64,000 nt of DNA from Patescibacteria group bacterium (GCA_038065955.1 JBBTPY010000001.1:1890-65889); one strand, 5' to 3'; shown: positions 8,439 through 18,517, counted from the first letter of the stretch. The notes: a model not told the origin generated them from the sequence alone. Numbers and translations are program-made.

Positions 8439-9932
8439 TTAATTTCCTCGCTGTTCGGGCTGGCCGCCGCGGATTTCCCGATATTTATTTTTATATTTTT
8501 CAATTATTTCTTCAACTTCTTTATTTGAAATTTCCACTCGTAAAAGGTCAATGGCATTTATAGTGTCGTAAATATCAAGTTTGTTTTCAAGCTTATAAAT
8601 GGCATCGCGCCAAAGAATCGCTTTTTCATATTCGCCTTTTAAAGTCGCTTCCTTTTCTAATCGCTTCATCATATTAATAAAAGCCCAATAAACTCCTTCT
8701 TCGGCGCCCCCGCGGCCGATAGTTCTGTCCTTAAAAGGAATGCGAATAATGGATTTTTGTTCCTTCATCATCTGTCTGATTTTCCCGGTTCGCTGCCAAT
8801 TAAAAGCGGTAGTTATTATTTTTTCATAATAGTTGCGCGCTTCTTCAAAATTTTTTTTAGAAACATCGGGAATATGTCTCATTGTATCAAGCAACCGATA
8901 CGCGCCCGCTTCAATCATTTCAAGACTCCACCACGGCTTAGCCGAAGCCCACCAAAAATGGTCGCTTGACAGCGCCAAATCAGTTTTTTCTCTAACAAGA
9001 ACGTATCGCGGATTATTTTTATCCATCGCGTAAACTTCTTTAAGAATAAGTTCCGTAAATTCTCTTTGCCACTTATGAATTATATTTCCGGAATCAGCCC
9101 ATGAAAGAAATTGATTGTTTTCTTCAATGTCTTTTCGGCTTGAAGCCCAAGTTGATTTTACCGGCAAAACTTCTTTAATCTCGCCATAATAAGAAAGAAT
9201 GTCGGAAATTTTAATTAATTCAAATTCCGGCGCGTCAAAAACGTCAAAAATCATTTTTTCCAAACCGGGGCGATGATGGCCGAATGTTTCACCGTCCATC
9301 GCCGTCAAAACATAACGGCCGCTTTTCAAGTCTTGAGCCATCGCTTCAAAAAGCGATTCGCGAGAACGGACAACGGCGCTCATGATAAGATTGCTCAAAC
9401 GCCGCTCGCGGAAAAAAACCTTAAGATTGCCGCCGGCAATTTTATAAATTTTTTTATAATCAACGCGTTCAATATAACCGTCATACGCGATTTCGTCCAA
9501 AATAATCCATTCAAAACCCAGTGAAGAAATAATAGCGGGCAGATTTTCGCTATAAGCCATTTCCGGCGGGAAAAATCCCCGCGGTTTGTAAGCGCCGCCT
9601 AAAAAAAACTTATTGGTTTCATCGTTGATTTTTACCTGCCTGATAATTTCATCCTCGCTTAAAAACGGCAAAAGCGCGTGATATTTTGTGGAAGAAGTAA
9701 ACTCAATTCTATTTTCTTTTCCTAAATCGCGCAAAATATCAATAAGGTCTTTATATCCGTATTTGTCGAAAAGCTCGAAAAGAGCGCCGCTTATATTTAA
9801 AGTAAGGTTTACGCGTTTGTGTTTTTTTAATCCTTCAAGAAGAGGACGATAACTTTGGGCGACAATAGCTTCAAGAACATCCGGTTGTTGTTCCGCCGGC
9901 TGATAAATATGTAAAAAATTCGCCCAATACAT
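8439..9932 (-). CDS. glycoside hydrolase family 57 protein (alpha-glucan processing)
   Basis: N-terminal WANFLHIYQP (HxHQP-type GH57 signature), EWIILDE region; adjacent to glgA. Confidence 0.65.
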   Translation of the reverse strand: MYWANFLHIYQPAEQQPDVLEAIVAQSYRPLLEGLKKHKRVNLTLNISGALFELFDKYGYKDLIDILRDLGKENRIEFTSSTKYHALLPFLSEDEIIRQVKINDETNKFFLGGAYKPRGFFPPEMAYSENLPAIISSLGFEWIILDEIAYDGYIERVDYKKIYKIAGGNLKVFFRERRLSNLIMSAVVRSRESLFEAMAQDLKSGRYVLTAMDGETFGHHRPGLEKMIFDVFDAPEFELIKISDILSYYGEIKEVLPVKSTWASSRKDIEENNQFLSWADSGNIIHKWQREFTELILKEVYAMDKNNPRYVLVREKTDLALSSDHFWWASAKPWWSLEMIEAGAYRLLDTMRHIPDVSKKNFEEARNYYEKIITTAFNWQRTGKIRQMMKEQKSIIRIPFKDRTIGRGGAEEGVYWAFINMMKRLEKEATLKGEYEKAILWRDAIYKLENKLDIYDTINAIDLLRVEISNKEVEEIIEKYKNKYREIRGGQPEQRGN

Positions 9933-9938
9933 TTAAAG

Positions 9939-11435
9939 TTAGCCGTTCGGCTGTTGATGATATTCAATAGCCTTTTTGAATAAATTAACGTATTCGTAAG
10001 CCGATTTAACCCATGAAAAATCGGTTTTCATTGCCCGCTTTTGAATATTGCGCCAGAATTTCGGATATTGATAAGTTTCAATCGCCCTTACCATTGCGCC
10101 ATAAAAAGCGCGGTTATCAAATTTTTCAAAAATAAAACCTGTGCCTTCTTGCGTCCGAGGATTATAATTTATTACGCTATCGGCCAACCCTCCGGTTTTT
10201 CTGACAATCGGAACGGCGCCATAACGCATCGCCTCCATTTGCGCTAAACCGCAAGGTTCAAAACGCGAAGGAATGATAATCGCGTCGGAACCCGCATAAA
10301 CCATGTGAGATAAAACCTCGTCATAATTTAAATCAATACCGACTTTTTTAGGATATTTCTTAGCGAGTTCCTGAAAAAAATTCATAAAATAGCCGTCTCC
10401 AGAACCGCTAACTACCAACTGAATGTCAAAATTTTCAAGTAATGATTCGCTGGCATCAATAAACAAACCTATTCCTTTTTGGTCGGTCAGCCGCGAAACA
10501 ATGCCGAAAAGAATAGTATTTTCGGAAACCGGCAAATTAAATTTACGCTGAAGAACGGCTTTATTTTTTAATTTTAAATCAAGATTTTTCTGACCGTAAT
10601 GAAATTCAATATGAGAATCTGTTTCGGGATTATAAATGTCGGCGTCAATGCCGTTTAAAATTCCGAAAAGTCTTGAACGCCTTTCGCTTAAAAGATCATT
10701 TAATCCTTCTCCATATTCGGGAGTGGTAATTTCTTGAGCGTAAGTCGGAGAAACGGTATTAACAATATCCGCATGCATAATGCCTCTCCTCATAAAATTA
10801 AGTTTTAAAAGTCTCGGGTCGTTAAAAGCCGGTATTGCTTCTCTTCCGGAATCATAATCCATTTCAGACACAAAATGATAGTCAAACATCGATTGAAAAA
10901 AAAGATTATGAATAGAAAAAGCAATGGCAACGGAAGAAAGTTTAGGGTCCCCTTTATAAATAGTGTGAAAATAATTAGGAATAAGACCGGATTGCCAATC
11001 GGCGGCGATAATCACATCCGGCCGCCAAGATGAATGTCTTAAAAATTCAAGAACCGCCCTCGAAAGAAGCGCCCATCTTATCGCATCATCGGCGTAACCG
11101 TAAACATTCGCCCGCTTTTCGTAATACTCAAGATTTTCAAGAAAATACGCTATTGTTTCGCCGGAATCATTGTCATATTTTAAAACATTGGAAACAAAAA
11201 GACCGTGAGGGTCTTCTTCTTCGGAAGACGCCGGCTTTAAACCTTCAAGTTCTAAACGCAAAGGATATTTTTCAGTATCAATAATAGCGTATTTAGGAAG
11301 AAAAATACGGGCATCGTGGCCTAATACCCGAAGAGCGCTTGGCAAAGAACGCATTACTTCTCCCAATCCGCCGACTTTAATAAACGGCGCCGCTTCAGAA
11401 GCGACAAAAAGAAGCTTAAGTTTTGATTCTTTCAT
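9939..11435 (-). CDS. glgA: glycogen/starch synthase (GT5)
   Basis: KVGGLGEV ADP-glucose binding motif near the N-terminus; FEPCGL near the C-terminus. Confidence 0.85.
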   Translation of the reverse strand: MKESKLKLLFVASEAAPFIKVGGLGEVMRSLPSALRVLGHDARIFLPKYAIIDTEKYPLRLELEGLKPASSEEEDPHGLFVSNVLKYDNDSGETIAYFLENLEYYEKRANVYGYADDAIRWALLSRAVLEFLRHSSWRPDVIIAADWQSGLIPNYFHTIYKGDPKLSSVAIAFSIHNLFFQSMFDYHFVSEMDYDSGREAIPAFNDPRLLKLNFMRRGIMHADIVNTVSPTYAQEITTPEYGEGLNDLLSERRSRLFGILNGIDADIYNPETDSHIEFHYGQKNLDLKLKNKAVLQRKFNLPVSENTILFGIVSRLTDQKGIGLFIDASESLLENFDIQLVVSGSGDGYFMNFFQELAKKYPKKVGIDLNYDEVLSHMVYAGSDAIIIPSRFEPCGLAQMEAMRYGAVPIVRKTGGLADSVINYNPRTQEGTGFIFEKFDNRAFYGAMVRAIETYQYPKFWRNIQKRAMKTDFSWVKSAYEYVNLFKKAIEYHQQPNG

Positions 11436-11556
11436 AAATGTATTATTAAAATTATAATCTATTTTAGAGCTTTTTCAAATATCACTTCAATATTTTTTCC
11501 GTTCCCTTAGCTAAAATTTTTGCCTTTAACTAATAATCTAATATGGCGGTTTTATT

Positions 11557-12330
11557 TTATATCATCAATAAAAAGAAAAATAAAACGGCGAGAATAATTC
11601 TATAAACGCCAAAACCGGCAAAAGATTTTTTTCCGATATAATTGAGCAGAAATTTTATTCCCAACATCGCAAAAATAAAAGACGCCAAAAATCCGACCAT
11701 TAATGTATCAAATTGATTTGTAGAAAATTCCGAAAAGTTTTTTAAAAAATCATAACCGGCCGCCGCCGCCATTGTCGGCGCCGCCAATAAAAACGAAAAT
11801 TCCACTATAGTTTTTCTTTCTATTCCTAAAAGCAAACCGCCTATAATCGTAGCCGCCGCCCGCGAAACGCCGGGAATAACCGCCAAAGATTGCGCCAGAC
11901 CGATTAAAAAAGCTTTTTTATAAGAAATTATTTCCGAGGCGTTTTTTGACATCGGACTTTTTTTATAAAAAACTTCAAAAACAATTAAAAATGCGCCGCC
12001 GATAAAAAGAGAAGCCAATATCAGTGGAATATATACGAGAAAAAATCCCTTGATTATTTTATAAAGCCCGAAGCCGATAATCGCGGTCGGGATAAAAGCG
12101 ACAATAATTCGCTTGACCGTCTCCCAATCTTTTAAAAATGTTCGCCAATATAACGCAACCACCGCCAAAATTGCCCCAAATTGAATGACAATAGTAAAAG
12201 TCTTTAAAAATTCCGATTCGGCCAATCCCAATATTCTGGAAGTTAAAATAATATGAGCGGTTGAAGAAATAGGCAAAAATTCGGTAAACCCCTCAACTGC
12301 GCCCAATATGATTGAATGTAAAAAATTCAT
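11557..12330 (-). CDS. uppP: undecaprenyl-diphosphatase
   Basis: N-terminal GAVEGFTEFLPISSTAHI and C-terminal SRSAATIIGGL BacA/UppP motifs. Confidence 0.85.
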   Translation of the reverse strand: MNFLHSIILGAVEGFTEFLPISSTAHIILTSRILGLAESEFLKTFTIVIQFGAILAVVALYWRTFLKDWETVKRIIVAFIPTAIIGFGLYKIIKGFFLVYIPLILASLFIGGAFLIVFEVFYKKSPMSKNASEIISYKKAFLIGLAQSLAVIPGVSRAAATIIGGLLLGIERKTIVEFSFLLAAPTMAAAAGYDFLKNFSEFSTNQFDTLMVGFLASFIFAMLGIKFLLNYIGKKSFAGFGVYRIILAVLFFFLLMI

Positions 12331-12418
12331 TATTTATATTGTAATCCGGATATTAATAAAATACTAACGGCTTCTTTATTAATTTTAAATTATGGCTTAA
12401 TTATGGCTGTTTTTCAAA

Positions 12419-12449
12419 CAAAAAAACAGAGGTTTTGTCTCTGTTTTTT
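12419..12449 (-). terminator. rho-independent terminator of the Cys-rich protein gene
   Basis: cagag-gttttgt-ctctg hairpin flanked by an A-run and a T-run. Confidence 0.6.
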
Positions 12450-12526
12450 GTTGGCTCGCCCTGAGCTTGTCGAATGGGCTCCGCGCGCTTTTAATGAGTT
12501 CTTTGGCGTGAGGGTAAACTTTAACT

Positions 12527-14194
12527 TTAAAAATTAAATAATATATTTAAGATTAAACCGAACAACAATTCCGGACTAATGAGAGTACTGGGAGGCGGCA
12601 TTACGCCTTCCGGCGGCATCATACCATTAGGGGCTGTTCCTTCCGGAAATTCTTGACCTTCAATTGAACTGGGAATCTGCGGACCCATTGGGATTGTCGG
12701 CGCCGAATAAAAACGCTGGCATTCTTCAAGATGAAACTGGCAATAAGATTGGCATTCTTCTTTTGTTAAACAACCGCCCGGCCCTTCGGGCATCCTTTCT
12801 GGTATTCCTATAGACGCGTCTCCTCTCATATCCCTGGTTGGAACTTGAAAATTTTTACATTCTTCCGGATTCGTTTCGCAATATGTTTTACATTCTTCCG
12901 AAGTTTTACAACCGCCGGGCCCGGTCATTTCCATCGGCATTTGGCCATTGGATTTAATCGGAGGGCCTATAAATTTCGGACCACCGGCCGGACCCATATT
13001 TTTTTCAAAACACTCTCTCATTTTATCGCCGATTTCCCGTCCCGGCATAACAGCTCCGCTTTGAAATTTTTCCATTTGTTCCGCCCCCATCGCGGCGCCA
13101 AGACATTCTTTCACTTCCGGCGGCGCTTGATTTAACGATTCTTGAAATTTCTGTCTGCCTTCTTCCATTTGGCGCAAATCCGCTTCCGGAATTAAACCAT
13201 GCTCTTTGCCGAAATTAAAACAAGTTTCCTGATTATCCGGATTATTGCAAAATGCCTCGCATTCGTTTCTACCTTTGCATCCGCTCGGACCTTTTCCGCC
13301 GGTTTTTCTCGCCATCGCCGCTTCTTCGGCGCTCATAAAACCGGCCGCCTCGGCAAATTTCATACATTCTTCAAGATGACTTTCTTCTGAACAATAAACA
13401 TCGCATTCTTCTCTGCCCCTGCAAGGCGGCGGTTTAACGCCTTTTTTAAGGGCCTGCAGCATTTTTTGACCATCCTCTTTTTCCCGCTCGTCCATAAAAC
13501 CCGCTTCAATGGCAAAATTTATACACGCTTCCATATTATCGGGATTGCCGCAGTATTCATCGCAATCTTTTTTGCCACTGCACGGAGGAGGTCTTATTCC
13601 TCTTTTAATTGCCATCAACATTTTTTGAGCGTCTTCAAATTCTTTGCCCTGAATAAAGCCTGCTTCCATACCGAAAGCTATACATTCTTCCATGTGATCC
13701 GGCTCGCCGCAATAAACATCGCATTGTTTTTTATTGCCGCAAGGAGGCGGTTTAACTCCTCTTTTAATGGCGGCCTGAACTTTTTTGGCTTCGGCCAATT
13801 CATCCGGCGGTATTAAATTATTTTTCTCGGCGAAAGAAATACATTCATCTATATGAGATATGTTATTGCAATATTCTTCGCAATTATCTTTACCCGTACA
13901 GCCGCCCGGTCCCTTGGCTCCGGCCGCTATAAATTTTTTCGCCCGCTCAATTTCTTCTTCGTCCATTAAATTATTCTTTTCGGCAAAATTTATACAGGCC
14001 TTAATATTCTCCGACTTGTCGCAATAAGCCCGACAATCGGCTTCATTCCGACAATTACCCAATTCTTTGACCGGATATTGAATATCCGGCTCCGTTTGAG
14101 CCGATATTTGAGCCAATGTCTGGCCAATTAAAACGCCAAAAATCGCGATTCCAAAACTTAAAACAATAAAACTAAGAAAATATTTTGTGTTCAT
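12527..14194 (-). CDS. secreted cysteine-rich repeat protein (about 9 four-Cys modules, Pro-rich C-terminus)
   Basis: Signal peptide; reiterated module C-x4-C-x3-C-x8-C-x2-F(A/G)..(A/E)G(F/L); KPPPC linkers; PEGVMPPP tail. Confidence 0.6.
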   Translation of the reverse strand: MNTKYFLSFIVLSFGIAIFGVLIGQTLAQISAQTEPDIQYPVKELGNCRNEADCRAYCDKSENIKACINFAEKNNLMDEEEIERAKKFIAAGAKGPGGCTGKDNCEEYCNNISHIDECISFAEKNNLIPPDELAEAKKVQAAIKRGVKPPPCGNKKQCDVYCGEPDHMEECIAFGMEAGFIQGKEFEDAQKMLMAIKRGIRPPPCSGKKDCDEYCGNPDNMEACINFAIEAGFMDEREKEDGQKMLQALKKGVKPPPCRGREECDVYCSEESHLEECMKFAEAAGFMSAEEAAMARKTGGKGPSGCKGRNECEAFCNNPDNQETCFNFGKEHGLIPEADLRQMEEGRQKFQESLNQAPPEVKECLGAAMGAEQMEKFQSGAVMPGREIGDKMRECFEKNMGPAGGPKFIGPPIKSNGQMPMEMTGPGGCKTSEECKTYCETNPEECKNFQVPTRDMRGDASIGIPERMPEGPGGCLTKEECQSYCQFHLEECQRFYSAPTIPMGPQIPSSIEGQEFPEGTAPNGMMPPEGVMPPPSTLISPELLFGLILNILFNF

Positions 14195-14201
14195 TTTGTT
14201 T

Positions 14202-14486
14202 TTATTTAAATGGATTGGTTTTAATATCCTTAAAAGGATTAGCTTGGCTGGCAGGATTAATGTCCGGCGCTTCTTCTAAAGGATTTTTATTAATATCCAA
14301 AGACGGCAAAGCGCTTTTGGCGGCGCTTTCGGTTATTTTCTCGGCCGCTTCGCCGGCTTCTCCAATCGCCTGCTCTTCGGGCGTTAATTTCGGCGCTTTG
14401 AATTTTTGCCAGTAAAAATAACCGGCTATGCTTAATACAATCAACGCAACAATCGCTATTGTTATAATAAGTATTTTTTTATTCAT
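14202..14486 (-). CDS. small single-pass membrane protein
   Basis: N-terminal TM helix ILIITIAIVALIVLSIAGYFY; acidic tail. Confidence 0.45.
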   Translation of the reverse strand: MNKKILIITIAIVALIVLSIAGYFYWQKFKAPKLTPEEQAIGEAGEAAEKITESAAKSALPSLDINKNPLEEAPDINPASQANPFKDIKTNPFK

Positions 14487-14701
14487 CTTTAATTTTTATT
14501 ATATCAAATTAATCAATAAATAAATACTTCACCTGTGGATAACTTTTCAAAAGTTAAAATATGGCGGTTTTATTTATTTAAAAAACTGCGGTATACTTTT
14601 AACAGCAAATTGACGCTTTTAGTTCTTTAACAAAAGGGGCTTTGATAATCATTGCCTTAATAATAATGATTTAAAGGTCGAAAGTAAGCTTATTATTGAT
14701 T

Positions 14702-15433
14702 ATGAAAAACATTATTATTCTCTTTGTGTTTGTAATGAGTTTTAGTTTCGCGATTTTACCGGCTTTTGCCGACGTGGCGGAAACACTCACCGCTATCAGT
14801 CCCGAAAAAACAAAAATACTCAATGAAAAACTGAATGTTTTGAAAAATACCCTGGTTGAAATGCAAAAACAGGCGGCGGCCAAAGCGGCTTCGGAGGCGC
14901 CGGCGCCTATAGTAATTGAGATATCAACCGGCAAAGAAATAAAACCGCTTAGCGCTCAAGAAATTGAAGCTCTTGGAAAAACTCTTCAAGTTCTTCAATT
15001 AACGCTTATTGATTTGCAATCGCGCTTGAAAATCTCGGAAAATTCCGTGGATAAAACCGCGGTTGTTTCCAGTTTGAAAAAAATCACCGAAAACCTTGCC
15101 GTTGTCAGTCAAACCATTGGAACGCGCCTGCCTCAAACTCTGGCTGCTTTTAATAAAACCAAAACCGCGCCGCGAATTTCGGCCGCGACGGTAGAAAAAG
15201 AAATTTCGGAAGAAACCGCTGTCGTGAAAAGCGATGATTCTTCGGAAATTTTTACCGCAGAAACAGCCGCTTCGCCGACGTCAAATAAATCGGCGACGCT
15301 GGTTTCAACCGTAAAAAACATTCCCTGGCAGCTTATCGTATTTTTTATGGCAGTAGTCGCGATTGCTTCAATACCGATGTTTAAAAAATATATCTGGAAA
15401 GAAAACGACAAATCCTCTTTAGTAAAGCAATAA
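14702..15433 (+). CDS. secreted coiled-coil protein with C-terminal membrane anchor
   Basis: ATG at 14702 (the ORF track begins at an upstream TTG); signal peptide with AFA cleavage-like site; heptad-rich middle; C-terminal TM. Confidence 0.5.
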   Translation: MKNIIILFVFVMSFSFAILPAFADVAETLTAISPEKTKILNEKLNVLKNTLVEMQKQAAAKAASEAPAPIVIEISTGKEIKPLSAQEIEALGKTLQVLQLTLIDLQSRLKISENSVDKTAVVSSLKKITENLAVVSQTIGTRLPQTLAAFNKTKTAPRISAATVEKEISEETAVVKSDDSSEIFTAETAASPTSNKSATLVSTVKNIPWQLIVFFMAVVAIASIPMFKKYIWKENDKSSLVKQ

Positions 15434-15482
15434 ATCAGGCGAAACAATAAAAAGAAAATCCGCTCAAAAGAGCGGATTTTCT

Positions 15483-15878
15483 TTACGTGATTTTGCCGTC
15501 AAAGTGTTCGTCGTCCGCCATCGCCTGCTCTTTAGTTTGGTGAATCACGCCGTCGCGATGATGCGGAGGAGAATAAATAGTATAGAGTTTAAGCGCTTCG
15601 GTTTCTGAAGTGTTAATGCAGTTATGTTTGGCGCCGGCCGGCACAACCACCGCGAAGCCGTCGGAAACATCGTATTCATTGTCGTCAATTACGATTTTCC
15701 CCGTCCCCTTTTCAAATCTAAAAAACTGGTCATTATCTTCGTGAACCTCTTCGCCGATTTCTTCTTTCGGTTTCAAAGACATTAAAACCAGCTGGTTGTT
15801 TTTGGCGGTATACAAAACTTTTCGGAAATTTTCATTTTCCTCGGTTTCTTTTTCAATATTTATAACGTACCCTTTCAT
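15483..15878 (-). CDS. cupin-domain protein
   Basis: G..H.H...E.F.....G and P.G..H..N two-motif cupin pattern (EEVHEDNDQFFRFEKGTG, VVVPAGAKHNCIN). Confidence 0.55.
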   Translation of the reverse strand: MKGYVINIEKETEENENFRKVLYTAKNNQLVLMSLKPKEEIGEEVHEDNDQFFRFEKGTGKIVIDDNEYDVSDGFAVVVPAGAKHNCINTSETEALKLYTIYSPPHHRDGVIHQTKEQAMADDEHFDGKIT

Positions 15879-15911
15879 AATTTTATAATCTTAAATATCC
15901 CCCGACCTTTC

Positions 15912-16148
15912 TTATATTATACGGCCGCGAAAATTTATTTCAATTATTTTGTTTTTGCCGTTTTTGCCGGAAATAAAGAGAATTTGCGACTTGGAAACGC
16001 CAAAATGTTTCGCCAAAACTCGCGCAATTGCCGCGTTCGCTTTTCCGTCTTTCGACGGCTCTTTTATGAACACCGCAAAACGCGAATCACTGGTTTGCTC
16101 AATTCTTTCCTCTTTTGCGTTTGGCTTGGCTTTCACGAATATTTTCAT
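15912..16148 (-). CDS. DUF167/YggU-family protein
   Basis: KAKPNAKEERIE..DGKANAAIARVLAKHFGVSKSQI..SGKNGKNKIIEI matches the UPF0235 pattern. Confidence 0.6.
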   Translation of the reverse strand: MKIFVKAKPNAKEERIEQTSDSRFAVFIKEPSKDGKANAAIARVLAKHFGVSKSQILFISGKNGKNKIIEINFRGRII

Positions 16149-16679
16149 GAATTTATTTTATTTTTTCTTTTTGTCGCGGAATTTATGATTGACATTTGTT
16201 ATATAATTTGTTTTTTTTATAAAATCGAAAAGATAGTTTTTGACTGAATAACGTTTTTTGCAACTTAATAAATAAAAGGGGTGATAAAATGGATAGTTTT
16301 TATGAATTATTAAAGATTCTTAATAAAAAAGAAGGGAAGCTGAAGAAGAAATATCGGCATTGGACAAAAGAATAGAAAAAATAAAACAGGCGGGTTTTTG
16401 GAAAAGATTATATTTTAATCTTAATTATCTAAAAAAAGAAAAGAGACGGGTTAGAAATATGGCACTCGCTTGTTGTCCATTTAGCGTCGGTAATAGCAAA
16501 GAAGACAAAATAAACACTTCCTATCCGCGGTTAATTCTTAAGGGTTATATGATAAAACATAAACTTACGTTATCATACAACCCTTTTATTTTTTAAAAAA
16601 AATCTAAAATCAATATCCGAACGCATTTCCGACAAGCCCCCGACAAATGCCGCCCCGCCGTTGGCTGACGGATTGATTT

Positions 16680-16787
16680 TTACATAAACGCCATTCCCTT
16701 AAGCGCTTCTTTAAAAAGACCTTTCAAATCGCCGGCTTTTACCAACATCCTAATATCGGCCGTATATTTTAAAAATTCAAAAGACAT
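16680..16787 (-). pseudogene. possible archease N-terminal remnant (35 codons, then stop)
   Basis: MSFEFLKYTADIRMLVKAGDLKGLFKEALKGMAF resembles the conserved archease N-terminus (F/YE.L.HTAD...G.....F..A); the frame is truncated after 35 aa, directly beside repeat copy B. Confidence 0.25.
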
Positions 16788-16825
16788 TTCGTAATTCAAT
16801 ATAATTATATTCAAAAATAATTATA

Positions 16826-16945
16826 TCATATCAATTTCGGTTATTTCAACGATCGTTGAAATAACCGAAATTGACTGAAACATTAATTGACTAAAACATT
16901 AAAAACATTAAATGTTCTTCTGTAAAATTGTCTGTAAAATTAATA
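16826..16945 (+). repeat. intergenic palindromic repeat element, copy B (longest, with internal tail duplication)
   Basis: Perfect 42-bp palindrome caatttcggttatttcaacgatcgttgaaataaccgaaattg at 16832-16873 plus duplicated gactgaaacattaa tail and ..ctgtaaaattaataaatga. Confidence 0.85.
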
Positions 16946-17136
16946 AATGATTGTACTGTTTTAAAAACCGAATCTTACAAAACCGCTCTCTTGAATTTTT
17001 AACAATTTTGAATATCCCCTTACGAGTCCGCTTTTTATTTAATTTACTCAATCAACTTTTTTCACCGCCGTAAAAAAGATTGGAAGCGTCAATAAAAGCG
17101 AATGTTTTCATAAATTTATTTTATCGCTATCTAAAT

Positions 17137-17172
17137 TAAAAACAAAAAGCGCCGTTTTTGACGACGCTTTTC
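17137..17172 (-). terminator. rho-independent terminator of gene 17210..18358
   Basis: gcgccg/cgacgc hairpin with U-run on the minus transcript. Confidence 0.45.
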
Positions 17173-17209
17173 TTATTTAGGCTCGAAATTATGGACAATG
17201 TTAAAACTA

Positions 17210-18358
17210 TTAATATCTCTCCTCTTCCGCTTCCTTCTGTTCTTCTTGCGATTTCTCTAATATCTCTTTCTCTATTTGAATGTCTTGCTCAAGAAATTTT
17301 TTCTTTATCTCATACTCTTCCTTACTCGAGCTGTTTTTTAATTGTTCAATGTCTTTCTTCGTCTGTTCGGCCTTATTTTCAAAATCTTCATTTTCTATTT
17401 GAAGTAAGTTTTCAAGTTGTTTCTTTTCATATTTATCATATTTATCCATGTCTTCATCATCTTCCTCAAATTTATTCATGTCTTCATCATCTTCCTCAAA
17501 TTCCTCTATGACATCTTCAATTTTTTCAATGGCATCTTCTGCCTGTTCGGCAAAACGCTCTGCTTCCTGATAGTTGCCTGCTTGATACACGCTTTCGGCT
17601 TTAGCGAGAAGTTGGTCAAATGCGGTAAAGACGTTTGCGGGAAGCGCTACTCCTTCCCCTGTGGCTTCCTCAATTATTTCTGCCTTTTCTTCTTTGGCTT
17701 CTCGTATATCTTCCTCAGCTTCTTCATGGACGTCCATCTCATCCTCTAATTTTTCTTCTTCATCATCCAAATCGTCTTCCAGTTCTTCTTTTTTGAGTTC
17801 AAGAAGATCCAGTTGCGCTTTTACCTGTCCGAGTTCTTGGGCGAGAGCTTCCGCTTTAGCAGTATCGCCAGCGCGGTAAGCGGCTTTCATCTGATCTTTA
17901 AGTTTATCTTCTTTCGCTTCTAATGCCTTTTTCTGGGCCTTGAAACTATCAACAAGGGTGGATTTCGGTTTTTCAAAGTCATCGTTTAGCTCTTTAGCGA
18001 GCTGAGAGACATCTTTACCTTTGCCCTTTTGTTTGACAACGATTTCCGCCGCGTCGCCGATATGTTCTCGCAATCGCGCTTCGGCAACTTCCAGTCCTTT
18101 TGCGTCTACGCCTTTTGTTTCCAAGATAATTTTAATTTCAGCAACCCGCTCTGCGGCAAAGACAACTTGAAGGCGAGCTTTGCCTTCTGGACTAAAAGTA
18201 AAGAACTCTCGCAATGCCTCGCCCAATTTATCAAAAAAATAAAAGGGGCTTTCGGGCGTAAGGCCTGCGTTGGGCAATGTCGTTCCATTTTGAGCGTAGA
18301 CAACGCCGCCACCGAAAAGCATCACTGCAACCGCTAAATAAAAAAATGTGTTTTTCAT
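17210..18358 (-). CDS. secreted acidic coiled-coil protein
   Basis: Signal peptide MKNTFFYLAVAVMLFGGGVVYA; long E/D/K-rich heptad regions; contains an in-frame 30-bp tandem duplication. Confidence 0.6.
   Translation of the reverse strand: MKNTFFYLAVAVMLFGGGVVYAQNGTTLPNAGLTPESPFYFFDKLGEALREFFTFSPEGKARLQVVFAAERVAEIKIILETKGVDAKGLEVAEARLREHIGDAAEIVVKQKGKGKDVSQLAKELNDDFEKPKSTLVDSFKAQKKALEAKEDKLKDQMKAAYRAGDTAKAEALAQELGQVKAQLDLLELKKEELEDDLDDEEEKLEDEMDVHEEAEEDIREAKEEKAEIIEEATGEGVALPANVFTAFDQLLAKAESVYQAGNYQEAERFAEQAEDAIEKIEDVIEEFEEDDEDMNKFEEDDEDMDKYDKYEKKQLENLLQIENEDFENKAEQTKKDIEQLKNSSSKEEYEIKKKFLEQDIQIEKEILEKSQEEQKEAEEERY
17445..17504 (-). repeat. in-frame 2 x 30 bp tandem repeat inside the coiled-coil gene
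   Basis: tcatgtcttcatcatcttcctcaaatttat / tcatgtcttcatcatcttcctcaaattcct, encoding (E)DDEDM(N/D)KF(E) twice. Confidence 0.8.
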
Positions 18359-18517
18359 ATTTTAATTATATTTATTATAGATTACTATTTTGAAAAAATA
18401 AAGCTTTCTTTGATTTTCATAAATTTATTTTAGTATAATCGCAAGTTTTAAAAAAGAAAAGTTCTTTGATGTTGTCGCAGGACTTTTATTTTGGATAAAA
18501 TATCAATATCAATATAT

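Noticed and set aside
14532-14540. Exact DnaA box TGTGGATAA
   Set aside because: A single 9-mer occurrence is expected by chance in 64 kb of AT-rich DNA; no cluster.
11543-14579. 18-mer aatatggcggttttattt shared between 11543 and 14562
   Set aside because: AT-rich 18-mer in a roughly one-third-GC genome; chance match plausible (expected order of one per window) and no extended similarity on either side.
16289-16375. 28-codon ORF with good RBS (MDSFYELLKILNKKEGKLKKKYRHWTKE)
   Set aside because: Too short and featureless to call. It could be a real micro-protein but there is no supporting evidence.
17158-17511. Plus-strand 117-aa ORF
   Set aside because: It lies entirely antisense to the well-supported signal-peptide/coiled-coil gene 17210..18358 and has low-complexity translation (LPQIYSCLHHLPQI from the tandem repeat), so it is a shadow ORF.
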